A stretch of 64,000 nt of DNA from an uncultured Alphaproteobacteria bacterium (GTDB lineage Bacteria; Pseudomonadota; Alphaproteobacteria; Rs-D84): positions 14,151 through 78,150 of the forward strand of contig CALXZM010000003.1 in assembly GCA_944393245.1 (NCBI GenBank). The letters are read 5' to 3'. Under the pieces are notes generated by a model. The model had not been told where the DNA came from. It did no database searches and saw only the letters and a list, made by a program, of their open reading frames with translations. Of the stretch, positions 10,343-19,559 are shown piece after piece. Each line of letters opens with the position of its first letter. Position 1 is the first letter of the stretch. A program made the position numbers and the translations under genes.

Positions 10343-12442
10343 GTGGAAATGGTGAAAACGAAGAAAAAAAAAGGTACTTTTTTTAAAATTATGCGCGTGT
10401 TGGTCCTGTTTATAATGGGGCTGATTGTGGCGGTTGTAATTGCGTTGTCGCAAATAAATTTGGAAACACTGCGTGGCAGTGTGTTGGCTGTATTACAAGA
10501 TGCAACTGGTTTGCCGGTACAAATAGACGGGGCCGTGTCGTGGAAATTGTCTTTGCGGCCACAAATTGAATTGAATCAGGTGCGGGTACCAAACGCCCAA
10601 TGGGCCACGCATGACAATGCATTCAGTGCTGAAAAAATAGACGTAACGTTGGATTTAATTTCTTTGTTTCAGGACAGGCCCACAATTCAAAGTATCAAAA
10701 TATATGATGCTGATATTTGTATAGAGCAAAATGAAAATGGTGAATTTTCAGTTATGCCCGATGTAGGGGCGGACAATCAAAAATCTGTTGATGCCGGTGG
10801 TGATACTTTGAATGTTGGACCAGACGATTTTCCGTTTACTGATCCGGGACTGGGGGTGTTGGAAATTCAAAATTTAGATGTTGATTTTCTGGGGGCGATG
10901 TATTCGTTGCCAGGGTTTCAAATTCGGTATATTCCACATGGTGATACGCGCGAATACAGCGGATGGATAAAAAATGGCAGAAAGGTATTTCCGTTTATTT
11001 TGGCTTTTTCACAATACAATGCAGAAAGACGGGTGTATCCATTGCGAATCGCATTTGCCACAGGTGGCCAGGCACTGATTGCAAATATAGCACTGGAAGG
11101 TACCAGCAAGGCACCAATTGATTTTATAATCAAGGGCGATATTCCTGATATTGCAGAACTGGGCAAGATTTTTAATTTAAATCTGGAACCGATGCCAACG
11201 GTGAATGTTAATATTGCCGGGGGATATGATTGGCAAAAGTTAACACTGCGAAATTCATCGGTAACGGTACGTGGAAATACATTGGCTTTTTCTGGTAATG
11301 TTGACTGGTCTGGAAAGATGCCGGTGATAAGTGCGACATTGGAATCTGATTCGCTGAATTTGTTGGAATTATTCCCTGATTTATATGATGGGGTATGGGT
11401 GCGGCCAGACAGGGAATTAAATGTTTTTCATGATATTCCACTGTATGGTGCTGAATTTTTGAAATTTAATGCAAATTTGCATGTGATGCTGGATAATTTT
11501 ATAGTCTATCGTGATTTAAATTTACGTGATACAGATGTGACAATCAAATTGGAAAATGGACGGGTGCGTATTGATTCTGCAACGAATATAGCGGATGGTG
11601 ATGTTCGGGTGGCTGCAAATATAAATATTGATTCAGACGGGCGTATGTATGCGCGTGTTGGCGGTGTCGGGCGTAATATCGTAATTGGAAATTTATTGAA
11701 TCAAATTAATGTCAGGGATTTTATATCTGAATTACCAGTAAATTTTGATATGTATACAGAGGTCACCGGCAGTAATCTGTCTGAATGGATGCAGACAATA
11801 ACCGGGCCCGTGAAAATATATTCTGCTGCGCCGGGATATGCGCATTCGGCGTTGGTGTCCAATATATATGGTACGGACTTTTTGACAACTTTGCGTCACA
11901 GTATTCAGGATTTATTTAGTTCAGAAAAAAAGTATAATCAGATAAAAATTTCTTGTGCGACGGTAAATACAATTTTACGCGAAGGATTAATAGAAACACA
12001 AAATGGGGTGGCTGTTGAAACAAATGCGATAAATGTTCGCTTGGCAGGGCGGTTGGATTTGGGTGATGAAAAAATTCAATTGTCGTTAACAACTGTGCCA
12101 GTGCGCGGATTGAAATTGTCGTTAACAGGAAACGTCGTAAATTCAATAGAAATTACCGGCAATTTGGCTGAACCGACAATTCAAATTAGTGGGGCGGCTG
12201 TTGCGGGCAAAGTGGCGTCTGCAACTGGAATTGGATTATTGTTGGCACCGTTTACCGGGGGAATTGGTTTGGTTGCGGGTGCAGGTGTTGGTTTGTTGGC
12301 GGGCGATTTGTTGGAAAATTGGTTGGCTGATGACCATCCATGTGAAACCGCCATGGAACGTGGCGCGCCAGTACGACGTGATGATCCAGAATGGATGAAT
12401 ACGCCGGTTATTGATTTGGCAAATTCAATATTACAGAAATAG
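10343..12442 (+). CDS. asmA: AsmA-family outer-membrane assembly protein
   Basis: 699 aa. N-terminal TM anchor (FKIMRVLVLFIMGLIVAVVIAL) followed by a long beta-rich periplasmic region typical of AsmA/TamB-like proteins. Confidence 0.6.
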   Translation: MEMVKTKKKKGTFFKIMRVLVLFIMGLIVAVVIALSQINLETLRGSVLAVLQDATGLPVQIDGAVSWKLSLRPQIELNQVRVPNAQWATHDNAFSAEKIDVTLDLISLFQDRPTIQSIKIYDADICIEQNENGEFSVMPDVGADNQKSVDAGGDTLNVGPDDFPFTDPGLGVLEIQNLDVDFLGAMYSLPGFQIRYIPHGDTREYSGWIKNGRKVFPFILAFSQYNAERRVYPLRIAFATGGQALIANIALEGTSKAPIDFIIKGDIPDIAELGKIFNLNLEPMPTVNVNIAGGYDWQKLTLRNSSVTVRGNTLAFSGNVDWSGKMPVISATLESDSLNLLELFPDLYDGVWVRPDRELNVFHDIPLYGAEFLKFNANLHVMLDNFIVYRDLNLRDTDVTIKLENGRVRIDSATNIADGDVRVAANINIDSDGRMYARVGGVGRNIVIGNLLNQINVRDFISELPVNFDMYTEVTGSNLSEWMQTITGPVKIYSAAPGYAHSALVSNIYGTDFLTTLRHSIQDLFSSEKKYNQIKISCATVNTILREGLIETQNGVAVETNAINVRLAGRLDLGDEKIQLSLTTVPVRGLKLSLTGNVVNSIEITGNLAEPTIQISGAAVAGKVASATGIGLLLAPFTGGIGLVAGAGVGLLAGDLLENWLADDHPCETAMERGAPVRRDDPEWMNTPVIDLANSILQK

Positions 12443-12583
12443 ATATAAACTGGAATTCTTTTCATGATATGTGTGTTGGGGGTGGGGTATTTTGCCTGGA
12501 ATAACCCTTGCACCGAATCGGGGTTTTTTGATAAACTGATTTAGAAAGAATGTAGGACGAAAATATTTTAACAGGAGCACATT

Positions 12584-13702
12584 ATGGAATTTTCAGTATT
12601 TCGTCAGGTTTTAATTCGTGCGCTGGGGCATATGCAGTCCATTGTTGAAAAACGTGCGACTTTGCCAATATTGATGAATGTTAAAATCGATGTCGCGGAC
12701 GATTTGGTTTTATCTGCAACTAATGTTGATTTGGAATTGGTTGAACATGTGGCCGCAGATATTACATTGGGTGGTAAAACAACCGTTCCGGTTCAAATGT
12801 TGTATGATATTGTTCGTAAATTGCCCGATGATGCGGAAATATCTTTTAAGCAGTCTGGTGATCAATTGGTTGTGTCCAGTGGACGCGCTGTTTTTCATTT
12901 GCCAACGTTGCCGGCGGAAAATTTTCCGGCAATGGCGGGCAGTAATTTGACCACTAAATTCCAGATGACCACCGGGGATTTGGCACACCTGATAAATCAA
13001 ACAAAGTTCGCAATCCCAACTGATGATGTGCGGTATCATTTGGGCGGAATTTATTTCCATATATCAGATGACAGCAAAGAAAAAATGTTAACGGCGGTTG
13101 CAACTGATGCCCAGCGTATGGCATTGTGCGCCATGCCGGCACCTGCGGGCAGTGTGGAAATGCCAGCGGTAATTTTGCCGCGTCGTGTCATTGGCGAATT
13201 GTCCAAGTTATTAGAAGATGCCACCGTTGATGATGTTACGGTTGAATTATCAGATACCAAGGCACGCTTTACAGTTGGTGCGGCGACATTGACCAGCAAA
13301 TTGGTTGATGCGCAGTATCCAAATTATCGCGTCGTTATACCAAAGGGTAACGATAAAATCGCTGTGTTGGACAGAAAGCAGTTCTTGAACGCGGTTGATT
13401 TGGTGTCTGTTGCCAGTGTGGACAAGACTAAATCTGTGCAGTTGACATTTTCAATGAATAAATTGGTTGTTAATGCGTCCAGTCCAGATGCCGGTACCGC
13501 AACCCAGGAATTGGATATAGAATATAATGGCGACAGTTCGTTTACAATTGTATTTAATGTGAAATTCTTGATGGATGTGGCCAGCCAGGTAGAGGGCGAA
13601 AAATTCCAAATGGAAATGCAGGACCCATTATCACCGACTATTATTAAGTCTACGGATAAAAATACGGATGCATTGTTTGTTTTGATGCCAATGCGTATGT
13701 AG
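12584..13702 (+). CDS. dnaN: DNA polymerase III beta sliding clamp
   Basis: 372 aa with three-domain clamp architecture. Conserved N-terminal block LPILMNVKI...LVLSATN. Confidence 0.9.
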   Translation: MEFSVFRQVLIRALGHMQSIVEKRATLPILMNVKIDVADDLVLSATNVDLELVEHVAADITLGGKTTVPVQMLYDIVRKLPDDAEISFKQSGDQLVVSSGRAVFHLPTLPAENFPAMAGSNLTTKFQMTTGDLAHLINQTKFAIPTDDVRYHLGGIYFHISDDSKEKMLTAVATDAQRMALCAMPAPAGSVEMPAVILPRRVIGELSKLLEDATVDDVTVELSDTKARFTVGAATLTSKLVDAQYPNYRVVIPKGNDKIAVLDRKQFLNAVDLVSVASVDKTKSVQLTFSMNKLVVNASSPDAGTATQELDIEYNGDSSFTIVFNVKFLMDVASQVEGEKFQMEMQDPLSPTIIKSTDKNTDALFVLMPMRM

Positions 13703-13722
13703 TTTGGGGTTCGTTCATATTA

Positions 13723-13750
13723 ATCCCGCAAGTGCGGGATTTTTATTTTT
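13723..13750 (+). terminator. Intrinsic terminator after dnaN (ATCCCGCA-AG-TGCGGGAT + T-run)
   Basis: Perfect 8-bp stem followed by TTTTTATTTTT. Confidence 0.65.
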
Positions 13751-13813
13751 AGGCCGATTCGAAATTGCAAATTTGTTTTTTTATGATAACATGGCCCAGC
13801 AAAAAAAGAGTTT

Positions 13814-14362
13814 ATGATTATGAATATAGAAGAAATTATACCCGGCAAAGAACCGCCAAAAAATATGAATGCGATAATAGAGGTTCCAGAAAACGGATAT
13901 GTAAAGTATGAAATAGATAAATTAACCGGTCTGCCACGGGTGGACAGAATTTTACACACGCCGATGGCATATCCGGCAAACTATGGGTATTTCCCGGGAA
14001 CGTTGGGGGATGATGGTGACCCGTTGGATTGTGTGGTGGTGTGTAATGCACCGTTACGGCCCGGCGTATTGATAGAGGTTCGGCCCATTGGGGCATTGTT
14101 GATGGAGGATCAGTCCGGTGGCGATGAAAAAATAATTTGTGTTCCGCGTGATAACATAGATCCGTTTTATACCGCGACGGAATATATTGAACAATTGCCA
14201 GAAATTTTACGGTCCAAAATCGAATACTTTTTCCATCATTACAAAGATTTGCAACCAAATGCATGGTCCAAGGTCAAAGGGTGGGCTGACCGTGCAACGG
14301 CTGATAAATTGATTATGGACAGTATTGATCGTTATTGGGCAAATAAACGGGCGGCACAATAA
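13814..14362 (+). CDS. ppa: Inorganic pyrophosphatase
   Basis: Family I PPase motifs (IIEVPEN..KYE, DGDPLDCVVV, ED..GGDEKIICVP). Confidence 0.9.
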   Translation: MIMNIEEIIPGKEPPKNMNAIIEVPENGYVKYEIDKLTGLPRVDRILHTPMAYPANYGYFPGTLGDDGDPLDCVVVCNAPLRPGVLIEVRPIGALLMEDQSGGDEKIICVPRDNIDPFYTATEYIEQLPEILRSKIEYFFHHYKDLQPNAWSKVKGWADRATADKLIMDSIDRYWANKRAAQ

Positions 14363-14422
14363 ACACTTGCGTTGTGTTGTATTGATTTTATAATATTCAC
14401 AAAAATCAAGGGGGTATTTATT

Positions 14423-14992
14423 ATGGCATCATATATAGCAAATGATATGCGTGTGGGTTGGGTTATTTCACACAATGGTAAACGTTATTCTGTCATGTCT
14501 ATTACCAAGGTTAAACCGGGCAAGGGTGGCGCATTTGTTCAGGCTGACCTGCGCGATATTGATTCTGGGAACAAGGATAATAACCGTTGGCGTGCAGAAG
14601 ACAAGGTTGAAAAATTAATGGTCGAAGACACAGAATGCCAATATCTGTATTCTGATGGTTCAGATGCGTATTTTATGAATTTGTCCAATTATGAACAGTT
14701 TACCGTTTCGGTTGAATCACTGGGTGAACAGATGAAATTTTTGGCCCCAGAAATGATGGTAAAGGTAAACTTTGTCGAAGGACAGCCCGTATCCGTATCT
14801 TTGCCCAAAACAGTTATCGCAACAGTTGCAGAAACTGAACCCGCGTTAAAGGGCCAAACCGTTTCCAACAGCGGTGGTAAACCGGCTATTTTGGATAACG
14901 GTGTACGTGTTCAGGTTCCTTTGTTCATCGAACAGGGTGAAAAAATAGTGGTAAATACTGAAACGTTGGAATACGTTGAACGCGCAAAATAA
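14423..14992 (+). CDS. efp: Elongation factor P
   Basis: MASYIANDMRVGWVISHNGKRYSVMS...KPGKGGAFVQADLRDI includes the KPGKG loop. Start placed at ATG 14423 with RBS AAGGGGG. Confidence 0.9.
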   Translation: MASYIANDMRVGWVISHNGKRYSVMSITKVKPGKGGAFVQADLRDIDSGNKDNNRWRAEDKVEKLMVEDTECQYLYSDGSDAYFMNLSNYEQFTVSVESLGEQMKFLAPEMMVKVNFVEGQPVSVSLPKTVIATVAETEPALKGQTVSNSGGKPAILDNGVRVQVPLFIEQGEKIVVNTETLEYVERAK

Positions 14993-15056
14993 ATAAAAAT
15001 AAATTATAATAACACATCTGGCGACAAAAAATTTGCTTATGTATGTTCAATACACG

Positions 15057-15293
15057 ACGCAAATTTTTTGTCGTCATCTGTATTACTCTAATTCATTTTA
15101 TATAACACCACATCTGTGTGTGGTGACAACCAGCTCGTGTAACATTTGTACACTTCGTGGTTGTCACTGCACGCATCTGTGGCATTCTAATTTATTTTAC
15201 AGTGGCATTTTACGCAAATTTTTTGTCGTCATCTGTATTACTCTAATTCATTTTATATAACACCACATCTGTGTGTGGTGGCATTCTAATTTA
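15057..15293. repeat. Tandemly duplicated ~150-bp intergenic element containing a CACCACA-TCTGTG-TGTGGTG hairpin in each copy
   Basis: A ~70-bp block ACGCAAATTTTTTGTCGTCATCTGTATTACTCTAATTCATTTTATATAACACCACATCTGTGTGTGGTG occurs at 15057-15126 and again at 15211-15280. Each copy is followed by GGCATTCTAATTTATT. The element sits between convergent efp and fba. Confidence 0.7.
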
Positions 15294-15303
15294 TTCTTGT
15301 GGG

Positions 15304-16254
15304 TTACTGTTTTAATTTCCCGTCTGAACCCATAATATTTTTTATTTCGTCAATGCAATTATTGTAAATATTCTGGCGACCGGCGGTTAAATAATCGCGT
15401 GGATTAAAACTGGCCGGGTTTTGTGCCAATGTTTCCCGTACGCCCGCCGTAAATGCCAGGCGCGAATCACTGTCCACGTTGATTTTGCAAATGTTCATTT
15501 GAACAGCACGGCGCAGTTGGTCCGCTGCAATGCCCATCGCGTTTGACATTTTTCCGCCATATTCATTTATAGTTTTGATAAAATTTTGTGGAATACTGGA
15601 CGCGCCATGTAAAACCAATGGAAAATCTGGCAATTGTTTTGCAACCCTGTCCAGAATATCAAAGCGTAATTCTGTGTCGGCCAATTTGCGTTTGTATGCG
15701 CCGTGACTGGTACCGATTGCAATTGCCAATGAATCTATGTTTGTGGCGTTTACAAAATTTACGACGTCGTCGGGATTGGTATAATTTGATGTGGTACTGT
15801 GTGTATTTTCATCTTCGACCCCGGACAGAACGCCCAGTTCCGCTTCGACTGTTACATCATATTTATGTGCGTATTCTGTTACAGTTCGTGCCAAATCAAC
15901 GTTTGCATCAAATGGCAATTTTGACCCATCAATCATCACAGATGAAAAACCAATCTGGATTGCGTGAACGCATGATTCGAACGATGAACCATGATCCAGG
16001 TGCAGTGCGACCCCATTATGTTCGCGCAGGTTTAGTCCCCAAATCATTCCGCGCAATAAATCGTCGCCCATGTATTTTAAGGCTGATTCAGATACCGCCA
16101 AAATTACAGGACTGTGCGTATCGTGTGCTGCATTTATAATTGCGGTCAATGTTTCCATATTGTAAAAATTAAATGCGGGTACAGCATAATGGCGCGCCAA
16201 CGCGTCCATAAACATGTTTGTAGTATTAACCAATCCAAAATCTTTATAGTCCAT
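15304..16254 (-). CDS. fba: Class II fructose-1,6-bisphosphate aldolase
   Basis: 316 aa. Zn-dependent class II aldolase blocks (HLDHG, GTSHGAYK, VLHGASS). Confidence 0.85.
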   Translation of the reverse strand: MDYKDFGLVNTTNMFMDALARHYAVPAFNFYNMETLTAIINAAHDTHSPVILAVSESALKYMGDDLLRGMIWGLNLREHNGVALHLDHGSSFESCVHAIQIGFSSVMIDGSKLPFDANVDLARTVTEYAHKYDVTVEAELGVLSGVEDENTHSTTSNYTNPDDVVNFVNATNIDSLAIAIGTSHGAYKRKLADTELRFDILDRVAKQLPDFPLVLHGASSIPQNFIKTINEYGGKMSNAMGIAADQLRRAVQMNICKINVDSDSRLAFTAGVRETLAQNPASFNPRDYLTAGRQNIYNNCIDEIKNIMGSDGKLKQ

Positions 16255-16356
16255 GTAAATGTTCCTTTGGTTATCTGTTTGTTTTTAAATTATAACATAC
16301 AAAGGCCACTTGGTCCCGATATAATTTTTTTGGGAATTTTTTCCGAACAATAAAAC

Positions 16357-16385
16357 TTGACAATTAAATGATTTTGTCATATATT
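16357..16385 (+). promoter_or_regulatory. Near-consensus sigma70 promoter TTGACA-N17-TATATT overlapped by palindrome TGACAAT-N8-ATTGTCA (candidate operator)
   Basis: -35 TTGACA at 16357-16362, 17-nt spacer, -10 TATATT at 16380-16385. The inverted repeat TGACAATTAAATGATTTTGTCA spans 16358-16379. It lies ~290 nt upstream of the lipoprotein gene at 16677. Confidence 0.45.
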
Positions 16386-16676
16386 TATATGTGAATTAAG
16401 TCGGCACACATGTATATTATGTGGGGTTAACGTAAATGATAATGATGAACAATCTGTATCGTTTTTATTCTGGTGGTTCGCCCGATTGGCCGCCATGCGA
16501 CAAATGTCGTAATGGGGGGGAAACGGGGGATGAAAAATCATCGAAAACGTTGACCGCTGAATATGCTGTTGTGTCAAATGTGGGATAAAGTCTGGGAATT
16601 TTTTCCAGGCTTTTTTTGTATTTGTTAGGAAAAGTCCCAACAGATACATTGCCAAGAAAAAATAAAGGGGGCAACC

Positions 16677-17135
16677 ATGCAATTTAAAAAAACGGTACCG
16701 TATAAACTGAAACGCATAATCCCGATGTTGGGTATTGCGGGCGCATCATTGTTTATGGGCGGCTGCGAGAAAGAAGAACCATTGCGTGATGTAGAATTGC
16801 ATTTTAGTCCCGATAATTATTTTGAGATAAGCTATGAAGACCGTGGTGAATATGGCATTAGTGAATTATCAAAAGCATATGTAAATGAACCGACCGTTGG
16901 TACAATATATCTGGTGCCGGATGGGGATTGGGCAACCTGTAAAACAGATATAATAAATGAAGTACGCAGAAGATATTTAGAGCCATTATTTGACTATTCA
17001 CCAAAGTTTAAGGGCAAAGGCGATTTTAATTTTTATCCTGGTGCCGCATCCCAGGTATCCCAAGACAGTTTATGGTTTGTTAATAAGGGATTCACAATAA
17101 ACAAATATCGTCCATTAAGTGATTATCAACGTTAA
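16677..17135 (+). CDS. Lipoprotein, paralog 1 of a tandem pair (unknown family)
   Basis: Signal peptide with lipobox (ASLFMGG|C). 152 aa. About 65% identical to the next gene. RBS AAGGGGG. Confidence 0.65.
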   Translation: MQFKKTVPYKLKRIIPMLGIAGASLFMGGCEKEEPLRDVELHFSPDNYFEISYEDRGEYGISELSKAYVNEPTVGTIYLVPDGDWATCKTDIINEVRRRYLEPLFDYSPKFKGKGDFNFYPGAASQVSQDSLWFVNKGFTINKYRPLSDYQR

Positions 17136-17163
17136 AAAATCCATTAAGCATAAGGAGTAAAAC

Positions 17164-17622
17164 ATGAAATTCACAAAAACGGTACCGTACAAACTGAAAC
17201 GCATAATCCCGATGTTGGGTATTGCGGGCGCATCATTGTTTATGGGCGGATGTGAAAAGGAAAAGCCATTGCGCGATGTGGAATTGCATTTTAATCGTGA
17301 TGATTTTTCTACAATAGTATATCAAGACCGGGGGGAAATTTTCATTAGTGAATTAGCAAAAGCATATGCAAATGATCCGACGGTTGGTACCATATATCTG
17401 ATACCTGATGGCGAGTGGGGTACCTATGTTGCCATTAGTATAAGTGATATGCGTCAAACTTTTTTGGAGCCAATGTTTAATTATTCGCCAAAATTTAAGG
17501 GCAAAGGCGATTTTAATTTTTATCCTGGTGCCGCATCAAAAATACCACAGGATAGTTTGTGGTTTGTCAGCAAGGGTTTTACAATAAACAAATATCGCCC
17601 ATTAAGTGATTATCAACGTTAA
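17164..17622 (+). CDS. Lipoprotein, paralog 2 of a tandem pair (unknown family)
   Basis: Identical N-terminal 30 aa and lipobox, and conserved C-terminus SPKFKGKGDFNFYPGAAS...GFTINKYRPLSDYQR. RBS AAGGAG. Confidence 0.65.
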   Translation: MKFTKTVPYKLKRIIPMLGIAGASLFMGGCEKEKPLRDVELHFNRDDFSTIVYQDRGEIFISELAKAYANDPTVGTIYLIPDGEWGTYVAISISDMRQTFLEPMFNYSPKFKGKGDFNFYPGAASKIPQDSLWFVSKGFTINKYRPLSDYQR

Positions 17623-17625
17623 AAA

Positions 17626-17650
17626 ATCCGGCATAATGCCGGATTTTTTA
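17626..17650 (+). terminator. Intrinsic terminator after the lipoprotein pair (TCCGGC-ATAAT-GCCGGA + T6)
   Basis: GC-rich stem followed by TTTTTT. Confidence 0.6.
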
Positions 17651-17757
17651 TGCCGAAAACAACCCCCGGTTTGGATTTGGTGGTTTTATTATTTGACAGT
17701 ACGGCGGAAAACGTGCAAAAATTTAATTGTAAAAACGCTATACGGCGGGGGAAATGA

Positions 17758-18957
17758 ATGAGAAAGATTTTTTTCACACTATTATGTATATGTATCTTTA
17801 ACACCGGCGCAATCGCCGAGTTTGTGACCGATTGCACAATGGATGAAAATGGTAACTGTTCCGAGGGATGTGAACCCAATAATAAGGGTACCACCTGCTT
17901 GTTATGCCAACCCGGTTCTTATAAATCGGGTAATAATAAAAATGCGTGTACACAATGTGTTTTCCCAGCTGGTGCAATATACAAGGAAAATAATCAATCC
18001 GGATTGATCACAGCGTGTGAATGGACTGCAACATGTACAGAGGGGCAATATTGGGTTAACGGTAGTTCGGAATCCGGTTCGGATACATTTGGTTGTACCG
18101 CGTGTCCAGGCAATTATGGACCAATGGAGGGGAGTGGGGAATTAAGTGTAAGTGGCAGTGGATACACAGCATCATCTGATATAACAAGTGGTGATGTTAA
18201 TAACAGATGCGATGCCAATGTTATAACATTGCTGTTGCACAAAAATATTGACCTGAGTGACACTATGTATGCAGATCATGATGTGAAGGCCAAATATGGG
18301 GTGGGATTTAAAATCCACGACGATGATGATGATTGGGCTGAAACGATAAATGGGGCAATGCAACCAAATAAGAAAATTATTCAATTTAATGGGTATAACT
18401 CTGCAAGTGCGTGTAATGCTGATATGTATTTTGATACACGTGGGAAATTACAACAAACTTGGGATGCTTTGTTTGGTTTGGGAAATCCTGCAAATTTATA
18501 TGCGTGCTATACAACGTCAGAAGTTACAATAAATTATTTTGACCCAGGTGATGCAACAGAACCATGGCGTACGGATACGGTTGGGATTGATAATGGCTTT
18601 GTGTATAATGTGGTGGATTATGGTGGAACGTATGAAGCTTCTGGACAAGTGTTTTTATCATATACATGCAATACAGGGGATGGGGGATCGTGCGGGAGTG
18701 CGCAACCGGGCAATCCGTTGCGGATTTTAGTGATAGATGCGACAGAAATAAATTTGGTGGCGCAGTTTGGTGCCTGTCCAGCTGGGTCTTATTGTACAGG
18801 TGGTAATAAAAAACCGTGTCCCGCCGGAACAACCAGTGATGCTGGGTCCCAAACGGTTCGTGATTGTTATATGGTTGCTGGGGAAAATGGAACGCAGTTT
18901 TGTGATGTTAATGGATGTTTTACTTTACCGGGTACTGGTAATATTGCATACGAATAA
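17758..18957 (+). CDS. Secreted Cys-rich protein with ephrin-receptor/TNFR-like (GCC2/GCC3-type) CxxCxxGxY repeats
   Basis: Signal peptide MRKIFFTLLCICIFNTGAIA. Repeats CLLCQPGSYKSGNNKNACTQC, CTACPGNYGP and CPAGSYCTGGNKKPCPAGTTS fit the C-x2-C-x2-G-x-Y...C-x2-C pattern of eukaryotic ephrin-receptor-like Cys-rich domains. Also an Asp-rich stretch HDDDDDW. Confidence 0.55.
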   Translation: MRKIFFTLLCICIFNTGAIAEFVTDCTMDENGNCSEGCEPNNKGTTCLLCQPGSYKSGNNKNACTQCVFPAGAIYKENNQSGLITACEWTATCTEGQYWVNGSSESGSDTFGCTACPGNYGPMEGSGELSVSGSGYTASSDITSGDVNNRCDANVITLLLHKNIDLSDTMYADHDVKAKYGVGFKIHDDDDDWAETINGAMQPNKKIIQFNGYNSASACNADMYFDTRGKLQQTWDALFGLGNPANLYACYTTSEVTINYFDPGDATEPWRTDTVGIDNGFVYNVVDYGGTYEASGQVFLSYTCNTGDGGSCGSAQPGNPLRILVIDATEINLVAQFGACPAGSYCTGGNKKPCPAGTTSDAGSQTVRDCYMVAGENGTQFCDVNGCFTLPGTGNIAYE

Positions 18958-19061
18958 AAGCAAAAACCAAACTTGACAATCGTGAATTTTGTGCAACAAT
19001 TAAAGCACGAATCGGGGAGTGTGACAGAGGATAGCAGAATTTGAATCCAAGGATACGAAAT

Positions 19062-19442
19062 ATGAAAAAAGTTCTGGTTTCTGTAATCGCGTTGACATCC
19101 CTGGCGGGCTGTGGCGCATATTATGATTATTACAAGGGTGATATCAGATATACTCAGGATGGCCCAGATTGTATTTATTATGCCAATGAACATGGGCGCA
19201 ATTATTCCCAATATATCGGTGGTTTGGACACGGGTAAAAAAATTGTTTATCGCAATACTCGGTGTGAAGATTTGTATGCGTTGGACAATTTTGGCCAGGA
19301 ACCACGTCGTGATCGTAAAATCATAACACCCGCCGCACAAATTACACCGTGTTCAAAATGCAGTGAACAAGTGTCTTGTAATTCCTGTGCACAGGCACAA
19401 CCGGTTTTGAAGCGCAGATACATTATCGTTCCGGCGATGTAA
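19062..19442 (+). CDS. Small Cys-containing lipoprotein (unknown function)
   Basis: MKKVLVSVIALTSLAG|C lipobox, and a C-terminal CSKCSEQVSCNSC cluster. RBS AAGGA. Start at ATG 19062 rather than the ORF-track start. Confidence 0.5.
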   Translation: MKKVLVSVIALTSLAGCGAYYDYYKGDIRYTQDGPDCIYYANEHGRNYSQYIGGLDTGKKIVYRNTRCEDLYALDNFGQEPRRDRKIITPAAQITPCSKCSEQVSCNSCAQAQPVLKRRYIIVPAM

Positions 19443-19559
19443 TATGAATTGTTGCATAAATGCAGCGGCACATAAATTGTGCCGCTGTTTTTATGTGTTT
19501 ATGTCGTTGCACAGTCGTCAAAATTGTGATAAAATTGTATAAAAAGAAAGGGGTTTTAT

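Noticed and set aside
15033-15260. 75-aa ORF within the duplicated intergenic hairpin element
   Set aside because: It sits entirely in the tandem repeat between convergent genes, is Cys/His-rich from repeat sequence, and has no RBS.
16377-16682. 101-aa and 69-aa minus-strand ORFs in the long leader upstream of the lipoprotein cluster
   Set aside because: They run antisense through the predicted promoter and leader, have no RBS, and show odd composition.
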